From the NCBI GenBank assembly GCA_012295275.1, contig CM022665.1, forward strand, positions 7,998,001 through 8,062,000: DNA of 64,000 nucleotides, written 5' to 3'. A model generated the notes under the pieces. That model made no database searches and was not told where the DNA came from. It saw only the letters and a list, made by a program, of their open reading frames with translations. Source of the DNA: Chrysomallon squamiferum (Eukaryota; Animalia; Mollusca). This document shows, piece after piece, positions 1 to 12,500 of this stretch. Within the stretch, counting starts at the first letter, position 1; every line of letters starts with the position of its first letter. Both the position numbers and the translations under genes were made by a program.

Positions 1-1
1 T

Positions 2-166
2 ATTGTGAAAAAACCTGATTCTAACAATGAAAGTGGATCAGTAGATAAAGGAAATGGATTAAAGTCATCTACTGCATCAAGTCAAGGGGGACTTAATATA
101 AAATCTTCCACTGGTCAGCAGCGAAGAATTCAGTTAACTACTATTTCTTTGCTTAATCCTAAATAA
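2..166 (+). CDS. 3' end of an upstream convergent gene (partial); C-terminus IVKKPDSNNESGSVDKGNGLKSSTASSQGGLNIKSSTGQQRRIQLTTISLLNPK*; candidate chromatin assembly factor 1 subunit B (p60/CHAF1B) tail
   Basis: Open frame from the window edge to TAA at 164-166, with exon-like composition. A low-complexity S/G/N tail ends in RRIQLTTI, which resembles the ASF1-binding B-domain motif of CAF-1 p60/HIRA. AATAAA occurs downstream at about 275 and at 344. Confidence 0.6.
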   Translation: MVKKPDSNNESGSVDKGNGLKSSTASSQGGLNIKSSTGQQRRIQLTTISLLNPK

Positions 167-456
167 GATTGTTTGTATTCGGTTTTAGAACAGGTTTAGA
201 GGTGTATGGTATTAAGTGCTAATGACCTGTTTAAAAGGTACAATTTTAGATCTATCAAAAAAAAAAAATAATAATAATAAATTCTTGGTGTTTTTACCCA
301 CATGAAATATTGTTACCATGTAACCTAATTTATAACAAATTGTAATAAAAATATCAAGAATCTAAAGATAATTTTTATTTCTATTTTTTTTTTTTTTAAT
401 TTTCAAGATTAAAATGATTGAAGTGATGTGTTATTGTTTGTAATCTTATCTTGCGG

Positions 457-602
457 GAATGAACAAATGAATGTTTAACAAAATCTCAGCATGCAAAACA
501 TGTCAGCTATTGGATGTCAAACAATGGTAAGGGCAAAACTTAATGCTGGTCAGCATCAACATAAAAATTTAACAATTAAATGAAAACAGTATAAAACACT
601 GC
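457..602. mobile_element. Decayed interspersed repeat (SINE-like) fragment
   Basis: Resembles, from memory, a gastropod repeat motif (gaatgtttaac...ggctattggNtgtcaaac...ggtaa). It shares weak similarity with 49014-49045 in this window. Not database-verified. Confidence 0.3.
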
Positions 603-1912
603 AATAATTTAAATTTAGTTAACTGAGGTCTGAATTTCAGTAGTGAGTAGATTTAAGAATATTTCCAAAAAATGTGGCAAATAGGAGTCTTTTTAATGCT
701 GTACTGATTAATAAAAGTTCCAGATGAAATTAAAATTATTTTAATTTCTTTGATATGACTGCACTCCAAATTGTGGCATACTTGCAGAGTATACTGATGG
801 TGCTCACATAGGCGAAAGATCTTTCTTAAAGATAAATGAATAAGTATGGTCAGCACAATCACAACTCGAGGCTATTTTATCCTTCCTGCACTGTCTGAAA
901 ACTGGCTTGATAACCTGAAGCTTTTGCAATTGCACCGTCCCAATTATGTTCCCAAGTTCAAAAGATAATTTGATTAATACTATTTAAAATCAGTGTACGG
1001 TATACCCAAAGCAGTGTTTGCCACTGATGAAAAAAAAAAAAAACCCACAGTATCTTTATGGGCAATGGATAAAAAAGAAACATTTCTGTATCACCATCCC
1101 AGTTAAGGAATGAATCCAGTTTGATGTTTCATAAAGCATGGAGATGTGAAAGTCATTGTGTAAAAATGATAAATTTGGATGCAATCAAATCTTTGATTTC
1201 TTTTAAGGATTTAATGACTGCTCATTGATACATTTTTTTCACTGTTACTATTCTAATTTATTTTTTACATTATCTTATTTGTGCTAAATCTAATTTTTTT
1301 TTTAATATTAAAATATTCTGAACTTAAGACAGTTTTTATAATAACTAAACAGTAAATGTGATTCTCGGAAAAATAATGATTTGATAAATGAAATTCAAGA
1401 AGGTTGGTGCAGTTAATGTGTTTATTGATTTAATGTTGGCTAGCAAATGGATTCATATAGCTCCAAAACTGTTAAAACATATTTTTATTTAAATTACATT
1501 TTTATTTCTTTTAATTATTTGACATCAAATCTTGAATTTAAATTCATTTATAAATTATTTTTTATTTTTTTGACTGAAATTCAAAGTGATCTTAATAGTG
1601 AAAAAGGCCTTTAGCACCTCTACTATTATGATCTGCAAGAACATTAACTTTTTTTTTTTTTTTTTTTGTATAATTATGTTATCCCTGGAGGAAAGAAGAT
1701 TTAAGAGTAATGAATAAAGTGACATTTTTGGGCTACTTTTTTTTATATGACTTGAATGGCTAGATACTTTCAATTTTTAACTTTGCAGCAAATGCCTCTG
1801 GTAGTTCTTAAAAGATTAGTACAATTGACACCAATCTGATATCAACAGCTGCTGCTGGTTAATTAAAGACTAATAAATTGTTTAAATAAGGAATTATAGT
1901 GGGTTGTAAAAC

Positions 1913-1949
<37 letters not shown>

Positions 1950-4362
1950 GAAAAGTTAAAATAATTTTAAATAGCATTTGAAGAATCATCAGTAACTGAA
2001 TTTTCCTTTCATTGAATGAAGGAGTAGTGAAAAAGTTTGAAATGTTACCATCTTTGATAATGTTAGAGAACACTGAAACTAATTATACTCAAATGTAAAA
2101 CTGAAAATAAAAATGAAAATTATTTTCTAAAAAAGAAAAGAAAGAAATATTCACAAATTTTATTAATAAAAAATTGAATTGCACATAAATTTCATTTGGC
2201 ACAATAAAAAGCAGAAAGCTGAAAATCACAACAGCAGCCTGACATTTAAAAACAAAATAAGAAATGACTAGGAATGTTAAATTGGTTAACATTTTGTGTA
2301 AAAATAACACTATGAAATAATACCACAGGTTTAACCAGTAAAGGAATGTTAAGCAATGACTAGAACAATGTGCTCTGGCAAAAAGGAAAACTGAAATATG
2401 ATTTTTTTAAAAAGCCATGCTGTAATTTTGGGCTGAATGGAAAATATATAACATGGTGTATCTGTAAAATTAATCAAAAAGAAATTCAATTATATTTTAA
2501 TTCAATATTGATTTAGAATTGTGACAGGACACTGAAATTTACCATATATTTGAGCTTTGTATTAAAAAAAATAACAAAATCATACACTAAAATATTTTTC
2601 TAGAGAAATACTGATACAAAGAAGTATTTATGTGAGTCAATGAAATAATTTTGATCAATTCTTAAACACAAATATAAAATTATATATGAAATAATGTAAA
2701 ATTTAAATTTTTTGTATAATGTATTATTTCAGAAACAAAATGTAAATGAAAATGAAATTAGTCTTCGAGAAGCTATCCTCAGATCTGTTTGATTCAGATC
2801 TATAACTTGAATAAGATGTCCAATAATGAAACTTTTGCTACAGTCTTGTTGCTGTCAAGGTAGAGATGGAACAACTAAAACTAGTTACAAATAAATTATT
2901 AAAAGTAAATATGTATATATTTAAAAAACATATTTGACCACTACACGTATATTTGAAAGATAAAAAGGAAGGAAGAAACAAAAAGAAAACATTGATAAAT
3001 TACAATGAATCATTTCACTTTGAACAATTAAAGCACATTAAGTAAATTTGAAAATCAACAATTTTAACAAAATAAATAACTGGTAATATAATTCTATTCC
3101 TAAGCTTATGATATTTTTATTTTGTAAAAGATTTAATATTGTGTATTGCTTTAGTTTTAAGAAAGCAAATGAACTTATTTTTTTCTTTCATTTTGTTTTT
3201 TAAAAATTAAAAAAGGAAATAGGCCTGCCTAATTTACAGATAAATGAAATAATTTACCAGATCTAATTACCCAGATTTTTCACAATATCACATTAAACTT
3301 TACTTTTGAGATCTTGTACTCTAACGTTATAGAAACAAAACAAAACAAACCTTCTAGGAATTAAAAAGTTACTAAATAACTAATGAAAAGGAAACAGTAC
3401 AAAAAAAAATATCTCAAATAAATTAGTTCTATCAGTTCCAAATACCTCCTAAAAACCAATGTTTTATTTTTAATATTGGCATTTATATACATATAATATG
3501 ACAGTATACATGTTACATTTTCTGTACAATTTTCTATGGATACTAAAATAACAGAAGTGCAAGACTTCACTATATTTAGAATAGACTGAATTTCTTGTTC
3601 TGCCATAACACAATGAAAAATACTATATTACATCAGAATATCTGATACAATTTGTTTTCTTAAACATCTACTGTTTAATATCATCCAAATTCTTAATCAA
3701 TAAAAATGTGGAATTAATTTTATTTATGAATTTCTTCCATCTGCAGAAAATAGTAACAAGATATTTCCTGTTACATTCAGATCTCTGTCTCTGTCCATTT
3801 TAAAAATGAAGAATGTGAAACTGAACAAAATTTATATATCAGTTTCAATTTCAATTCAAGCACTTGCACCATAATATAAGTGGATCAGAATCTTTTTAAC
3901 CTCAGTCAGCACAAATAGACTTAATATATTTTGTACATTTGCAAGTAATTCCATTAAAAAAAAAAGAAGTCTTTTTGGATCTGTTTTACATTCTGTTTAT
4001 AAAAACGGCGTTGTAGAAGATAAACAGTCAGATTTTGTACACCTTCTTTGTGGGTGATCTTTTATTAAATTTGTTATGGGTAAAACTGACATCATAAATA
4101 AATAAAAAATACTTTGCAACTGTACAAAATATATTTAGGCTAATGGTTCATATTGTCATAACACAATTTTCAGGCAGTAAATCATCTGCATAATATTAAC
4201 ATATGAAATTATGCGATGCTTTTTTATTACTACTCATCAATCTTTTGTTTTGCAAAGATTGGCAAGAGGTCATCATGAAAACAGTTGCAGAGATTCCAGT
4301 TCTTATGTTAAATATCCTTCATATTCTGACAATATATAAGAATCTGAAGTGAAATGGTAATT

Positions 4363-4479
4363 TTACTTCAGTCTCTGTGTCACATTTGCAAGAGCTACAG
4401 CAAAGGCCTGTATGGCAGTGAATGGGTACTGGAAATCCAAAGTGTAGGCATTGCTGTCAATTCTACCAAACTGCATCAC
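4363..4479 (-). CDS. TULP4: TULP4 last coding exon ([38 protein letters not shown])
   Basis: Not in the ORF track; read manually. Acceptor TTCAG|, TAA at 4365-4363. Ends with the canonical tubby terminal helix. Confidence 0.96.
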   Translation of the reverse strand: MMQFGRIDSNAYTLDFQYPFTAIQAFAVALANVTQRLK

Positions 4480-4893
4480 CTGAAGAGAACAATCATAAAT
4501 ATCTTAAATAATGATGACAAATTCTGTTTTGCATATGATAAGATCTATCTCCTATTATGTTCTGTAATCCTGACATGAATTAATTAGCCTGTTAATAATA
4601 CATTTATTTATCACTGGTGTTTATTATTATTTATTTATTTATTTATTTACAGAAACGAAACAAAAAGAAATTCAAGTCACACTTATGTTATATGTAAGGT
4701 AAAGATGTATGACATACTAATTCTTCAGAACTAACAATCTGGCAAATCAAGTCTGTAGGCGCCAGTCAGTTAATCTTAATTAATCTCAAGCCACAGGAAT
4801 AAAAGACTTGGCTCAAGTTTATCAGTCTGGAATCCAGTAACTAAAAATTCTTTATTAATAGTGATTTTAAATATTTATTTATTTATTATTTTT

Positions 4894-4924
<31 letters not shown>

Positions 4925-6496
4925 TTTCTTTTTTATGCTAATAATAAATTGTTAGTACTTGAAAAATACACCATATGACTAAAAAATTACAAATGTATAT
5001 GATAATCTGTTTTCAGCATGCTCATTCTAAATACAGATTTGGTGTATACCAGTGAATTAATACACTTTCTCTTCCTCCAAAACAGTAAGCAAACAAAACA
5101 AAATTAAAAGAAGAAAAATAGCTGGTAATATACATTTCCCATCCTTATTGCCAATTTTGTAATGTTCTGAATTAATAAACTCATTTCAGAAATAATAATG
5201 GCTTTCATTGATACTGAGAACACAGACTTGTCATCATTATTATTATTATACCATATTTATGTAGCAATTTTTTGAAACTAAGTAAGTTCAAGGATGCTTT
5301 ACAATATAAACTAATAAACAAAAATTTAAAAAGACATGGACATAAACATATTAAAATAAATGTGAATATAATGGTGAATGTTAAAATGGTGATAAAAATA
5401 AAAACTGTTTAAAATAATTAACAGACTAGTTTGAACATTTTAAAACTGGAAAAAGAAAAGACCTCCATGGCTCTGTTTATATTAGCTAAACTGTAACAGT
5501 TTCTGTGTCGCTGTTTGATATTAATGCTATATATATATTTTACACAGCGTTTTTACCTGTTTTCCTCTGAATTCTATCTGGAAGTTTTTAGCTGATTCCT
5601 GTGTGACTCTTCCTCCAAAGTCTAGCTGATACACCTGGCTGTTCTCATTCCACAGTGGGGCCTTGTTGTGCATCACAAACTGCTGCTGACTGCTTGTACG
5701 ACCACCATGTCCTCGCACCCTTCGCAGCTGAAAAACATTTAATAGTGTTACATTTTTTATCTCCATTATCTGAAATCTTTCTGTAATCCAGCATAAGTAA
5801 GCTAAAAAATGAAAAGAAAATTTTAGGTATATCACAACCATTATTTCTTCTAACGCCTCTTTGAAATGAATCTTCTTCCTTTTTTTTTTTTCTTTCTTTC
5901 TGAATTCACAGCCCTTTACAACTGATACACTACAAACATTTTTTTTTTTCTGTTTCTTTTCTTTTCACTTATTTGTGTAAATGAAATTTATATCTTCTTT
6001 TTTTTTTTTTTTTTTTTCTTTTTTTCTGAATTAACAGTCCATAACAACTGACATAATACAAAAATTTATATTTTTTTGTTCTTGTTGTTTCTTTTCTTTT
6101 CACTGATGTATGTAGGCCACTTTAACCTAATTCTTTGCAATGACAGATTGTTTGTGGAACTAGAAGGCTGATCCTGCATCTGAACAATGGCATGTGTCTC
6201 ACACAGACTTTAATTCCCTTGTTCAGTTTTCACAAATCAGCCATATTTGGAACAAATGAATTATTCAGTGGCACACTTGAAGACCAGATGAAGAAAATCT
6301 GTTTGGACTAATTAATTGTGTTCCTAGCAACATGGAATGGTTCTGTCATCCTCTGTGAGCCTGTCAAATCAAGTTGGTGTGTTGTTAGACATGTCTATAT
6401 CAGATATAAAATCTGCACAATGGAATTAGGTCCATTAACAAATCTTGATTAGGAAATACTGATTTTTGTTTATTTATTTATTTATCTTTTTAATAT

Positions 6497-6533
<37 letters not shown>

Positions 6534-9500
6534 TTATTATTATTTATCTTTTTATTATTTTTTTTTTTTTAACTTTTATAGAAATTGTGTAATTATTGAT
6601 TTAATGGGGAAGAAAACAACTACTACAAGAAAAAAAAATACCTTTTTTTTCTTTTAAAAAATAATACTATAGCAGAAGTGATGTGATGACTAAACCTGTT
6701 TGATTCTTTATACAAAGTTGACATCTGATTGTTACCTCAAATATAACATACCAACATACAAACTGAGTTTAAGATAAAGGAAAAAAGAAACGATGTAGTA
6801 AATTTCTTCTTATTTTTGTAAATTCTATAATTTAGAAAGAATAATAAATTAAAAACTTTTAAAAATCTGTTTAATTAACAATGTATGCTGCATTATAAGT
6901 GCCTGAAATGAAGACAAATCATTATCTATGTTCATTGACAGATAGAGTAAAAAGAAAAAGAAAAAAAATAATAAAAAAATACCAATATCAAACTGCATCC
7001 TATTCAGATAGGCTATTACAAAGTCAATATCAGTGGAGAGATTGATGAAAGCCAAGACAGCAAACCCTAATAAACCTGTACTCCTGAGATAAGAGAACAC
7101 TTCCACATCTCAATTATCAGCTAAAAGTGACAATGAGAAAAGCACCAGACTTGTTGATCCTTATGAAAGGATAAAAGCGAACGAACATGAAAAAGATTCC
7201 AACACAAATTATGCTGGGAAACAAGGAGGGATGGTGGTGGTGGGAAGAGAGGTACATTGGATAAGTGTTGGCCTCAACTCTTGATGATGACAGGAAATGT
7301 GTAAAGTATTTTCACAGACACTGATCAATATGATTTCAGCTTCAGAAGGGTGAATTAGTGTCATGTAGATCATAATGAAATGTGTCAATACCTGCTTTTT
7401 ATCACCCATTATTAAACTAGCCGTGACCCATATTGTTTATATAGCCTGCTTAAGGACTGACAAGCTGTCAGTGCAGAAACTCTGATCTGTAATCGCATTA
7501 AGGAATTGTTCCAGTAACCACTGTGAAGAGGTAGGTAGCAGCAAGAAAAGCTATACTTTACTAAAACTAATAAATGAGGCAGAAACACAAAAAGACATAA
7601 AAGAGAGGAGAACTGAATTAACTTTGTGTGTAATACAAAAGACAATACAACAAGTGAATTAACCAACACCAATCAGAAATAATGAAGAACAAAATTAAAT
7701 TTAAAACCATTCAAATTAACAAACAATGGTATGAAAGCTGAAGAAAAAAAATATCTATATTAATCAACTGAAGCATAATCATTTAATTCATTAAAAACTT
7801 AAAGACAGTAAAATGAAATAATACCACAATACAAAATTATCAAGATTTAAAAATTAAAATATGAATTCATATTTATTACAACAATACAAACATTTGAAGA
7901 AAGACAGCCACATTTGGTTACAGCCTATCAATAATGTAAATTTACCTCTCATGGTATATTCTGATTAAAATCAATATATATTCTAACCTTCTTCCACACA
8001 GTCAATTAATAAATAGTAGTAACATTTGGCATTTAATATATATAGAAGTAAGTTGTCAGAATTGATATTTCAAATAGTTCTTGATTTTCAAGGCTATAGA
8101 GTAATCACAGATAAATCTAATGATTAGAAAAATGACCAAATATCCCAGACTAATGTCTTTGGGGGTAATATTGATTATACAGTAATTCCAAAAACTGAAC
8201 AATAAACTGGATCAGAAATCATGTTGTAGTGCCTGTACAGCATGTTCAGACTCATTAAGTTGTCCAAACACAATGTCTATGGGCAATATACAAGAACTAA
8301 GAAAATTCACTTTTAAAACAAATTTCCTTTATTAAAGAACCAATCAAAGGGGCAAGCTTGGGGTCTAGTTACTGTACTAAATAATACAGTTTATTTATAA
8401 TAATAATTCAGTGCACAGAAATAAAATTTTATTATTTGTAAATACAAAGCCAGATTACTGCATAAAAATGAGGCTGAGATTTTTAAAAATCTTTAAAATC
8501 AATATGTAAATGTATAATATGATATCATGTGCATGCACACAGACATAATCTCCCAAGAAACACAAATCATTCTTTGATTCTCCTAAGAATGCTTGTTAGT
8601 CTAAAGACAGTATCTTATAACTAATTTTTCAAAAACAAAGTATTTTTATATGGATTAGTACTCTGTGTGTGTTTGTATGTGTTTGTATGTATGTGTGTGT
8701 GTGTTGTGTATGCACAATGTGTGTGCATATGCATGCATATCAAAGTGATTAAAAAAAATGAAGAAACCAAAACATAAAATATAACATTTTAAAAACCTTC
8801 ATTTCTGATTAGATTCCTAACATTTGTCAAAATCAGCCAATTATCTTGGTGATAAAAAAAAATCGAGTGACTGTCAGGAGTGTTATCTAGCAGCAAGTGA
8901 GAGTGGCTATGTAAACAACATTGCATCCCCTATGTTTGCACAAAATCCAATTTTGTTGGAGGACAAACGGCCCATAAGAAATTCCCCAAAGTACAATAAA
9001 TGTGGTTCAAAAGCCACTTGATTGCAATCATAAAGTTTGATAAAAGTCATAAACCAGACAACGGTGGTGGAAAGCAGAAAAATTCATTTCATAAATGAAG
9101 TGCTGTAATATCACTTTCATACATAAAACTAAAAAGGAGGCCAGTAAATTCAATCTGCATTTATATTAATAGAAAAGGAAGCCAGAATTTCTTTTTAGTT
9201 TATCAGAGTCCAAGGACAGGCAAGGATGATATCTGCTGTGTTTATTTATCTTTCTGTACCAAACTGAATTACAAATAAACAGTGAATAATGGAAACAAAG
9301 AGCTGCTGCTAGTGCTACTTAATCTTATTTAGAAATTTAGTTGTTTCGGATCACTGTTTTTGCATTAAGATGTAAATGTATTTAATAAAATGTATCAGCA
9401 ATTTCAAGCACCTATTTATTCTCATATTTTTCAGCACTGTCTTAATATCATGTCCTACATTATGAATAATAAAATAAAATAATATAATAATATATATAAA

Positions 9501-12500
9501 TCATTAAAAATTGTTAGTTGTATTTGTCCTATTTTAAGGTTTAAGCATTTTATTACTAGTGCTAAACAAACTAGCTTGATCCAGCTGCTGGTTGACTGCA
9601 GGTTTGAGTTCAACTAGTTTAATAAGAAAAAGCAATGCAAAACAGTTTCATGTAATTAACCAAATAATAGCCTCACTTTTTTAGAATATCCACATAATCA
9701 TGTTTAGAATACAAAACAAAGCCACTTGATTGCAACCATAAAGTTTGATAAAACTCACAAAGCAGACACTTATGGCAGAAAACAGAAAAATTCATTTCAT
9801 AAATGAAGTGCTGTAATATCACTTTCATACATAAAACTAAAAAGGAGGCCAATAAATTCAATTTGTATTTATATGAATTAAAAAAAAAAAAAGACAGACT
9901 TTATTTTAATCTAACAGAAACGAGTCCAAGGATGATTTCAACTGTGTTTATTTATCTTTTTGTAGTGAATTGAATTACAAATAATTCAATAAGACCAAGA
10001 CAATGCAAAACAGCTTCGTATAATATCCTCATTTTTTTAGTATAATATCCAAATAATCATGTTTAGAATACAAAACTAATTTGTGATGTCATGTGAAAAC
10101 TGAAGGAAAAAAAGAAAAAATTATATTTATAATATTACTTCTTATCATTATGATGTTTATATTCGAAATATACAAGTAATTTTGTTTTAATAATGTTATA
10201 ACCAAAAAATGGAAATAAGTAACTTTTAAAGATTTATTCTTCTTTTTGGGGGGGATTGTTTAGAATAAATAAATAAATAAATAAATAAATAAAATTGATG
10301 TCGTTCAAATAGTCTGGATAAGTGTATACTGGGTAAATGGATAACTATTAACAATATCAAAAAGGTAACAATAAAACAATATATTAATACATCCTTATAT
10401 CATTACTATTACACATTTATAAAAATCTTTTTTTTTCTTATTTGTTACAAATACAATTACTTTATATATGTGCACACACACATACAGACATTTATGTATT
10501 TAAAGAAAAAAAGAAAAAAAAAGAAAAAAAGAACACTTCAAATTTTATGGATCTGAAAAATGCTAGCTTTAATACTCGAAGCTGGATGATTAAAACCAAA
10601 CAGTCACTTGAGGTTTCTGTTACCATGCCAACTGCCTAGTTTTGACAAATGTTTTGTGTGCATGTTTCAGCCTTAACTGCAGAACATTACTCATGTCCAC
10701 GTTCAGCAACTTTCTCAAATTACTAACTTTAATGAAAAATATATTAAATTAAAATAATGTAATTATCAACTGGTACTAAAGCAAAAAAGAAACAACCTTG
10801 TAGCAAAGAGTTTGGTAAAACTTATCACTGGAAAAAAAAGAAGAAAAAAATGTATAAAAAGAATTGTGGTTTAAATAAGGTTATTTGAAGCATGATTTAT
10901 ACATAATAAAAGAATAAATTACTTTTCCAGTAACTTTTATTGATTTTAAAATTAATTTTATTTAATTTCATTTAATTTCATCTCAGTCATGCAAAATCTA
11001 AATTACCAGCTTATGGGCTATTATGGAAACGTTATATTTTATCTGGTTATAAAAAAATATGAACATTTTTTTTAACCTGCATTTTTCATGACCACTGTTT
11101 GTAGAAAGATAAATGGAAATGTGAGATGCACATTTCAGATTGTCAGTTTGTTTGAAGACTCAGTTACAAAGAAGCAATCGACTTCTGAATGTGAAACTTA
11201 CATCGTGTCTGCCTCAAAAACCAATCACAAAGATGGTTACTTAATCCTCATGTCTCAAAATGTGCCGAAGACATCTTTTCAAAACACAGATATTTGATCT
11301 AATATTCTATCTCGGCTGATCCCACTTGAGACATAATTTAAAAATGACATTGAAGAAGGTGAACACCAACTGATAAACAAACATTAAAAACAGATTATAG
11401 GCATACAAGTTATTTTAAGGTTTGAACTCGTGTTTTAAAATCATGCATGCATTATTAATTTGTTTTTATGCTTTCATATTTTTATTTAATTATACTGGCT
11501 AACTGAAAGCACACTGAATACACTGTAATGTAAAACAGAGTTTAAAAAATTCTGTGATGTGCATTCATTCAGATATGAACTGCTTTTCTAATAATTTCAA
11601 TTATAAAAGATGTTTTTGGCCATCTCAACCTAAGTCAGACATAAATAACAGAAAGTATCTTTATATCTGGTAAAGAAATTGTCCAAAAGAAATCTGTAGA
11701 CAAACTATGTCTAGACATTTGTGATTGATGGCTGTTCATCTGACCCTCACTTAGCAAGGTCAAAGCAAATACATTGTAACCAGACATAAATTAATTAAAC
11801 ATCAAGAAATGAACTGTGTAAACCAAAAAGATTTCCCCTTCTTCATTTTGTCCACTCTAGTGATCTACCATGGTAGGTGTTGAATGGCAATGTTGTGCCA
11901 AACCAGCCTCCAGCAGGATCAATATCCTCCTAGAGGAATACTGCTCAAAGGATAATGTTAGCCGATTCCTTTACAAGAAGTCAAGACATCACGGACTGGG
12001 CAGAATAATCAGACATAAAATCTGTTTGCTTTGGTGCTTCTAGAATCTATATGTCCTCAAGTCTGAAAGGAAATCTTTGTTATGAATTCTAATGTACACA
12101 CAAAGAACTTGTGTAAAGTCTTGTCTTGTTACTAGAGGCAATTGCACCAACCAGAAATAGCATTAACTAAATTGGTCAGATTAAAGTAAATAGCTGGCAG
12201 AACAAGGTTTTTGTTTTTTGTTTTTTTGGTGTTTTTTTGATGAACTGATTTTTCAAATTCAATACATTGCCTGGTTAATAACAGAGTTGTCGGAAGATAA
12301 TTTCATCATTGCTGACTTGTTGGTGTTATAGTTAAATGTCAGAAATAATAATAATAATTAGAAAAAAGATAAAACCAATGAAACAATCAAACAAACCAAA
12401 CAAAAAAAAAACAAAAAAAGAAAGAAAACTTAAAAAAGAAAAAAAAAAACAAGAAAAAAAACACAAAAGAAAAATGGAGATAAAAACTGTTTGATATTTT

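Noticed and set aside
167-4362. TULP4 polyadenylation site
   Set aside because: Many AATAAA hexamers occur on both strands in this AT-rich sequence, so none can be singled out.
4354-4578. 74-aa plus-strand ORF
   Set aside because: It is the antisense shadow of the last TULP4 exon. The same applies to the plus-strand ORFs over exons 4, 7, 9 and 11.
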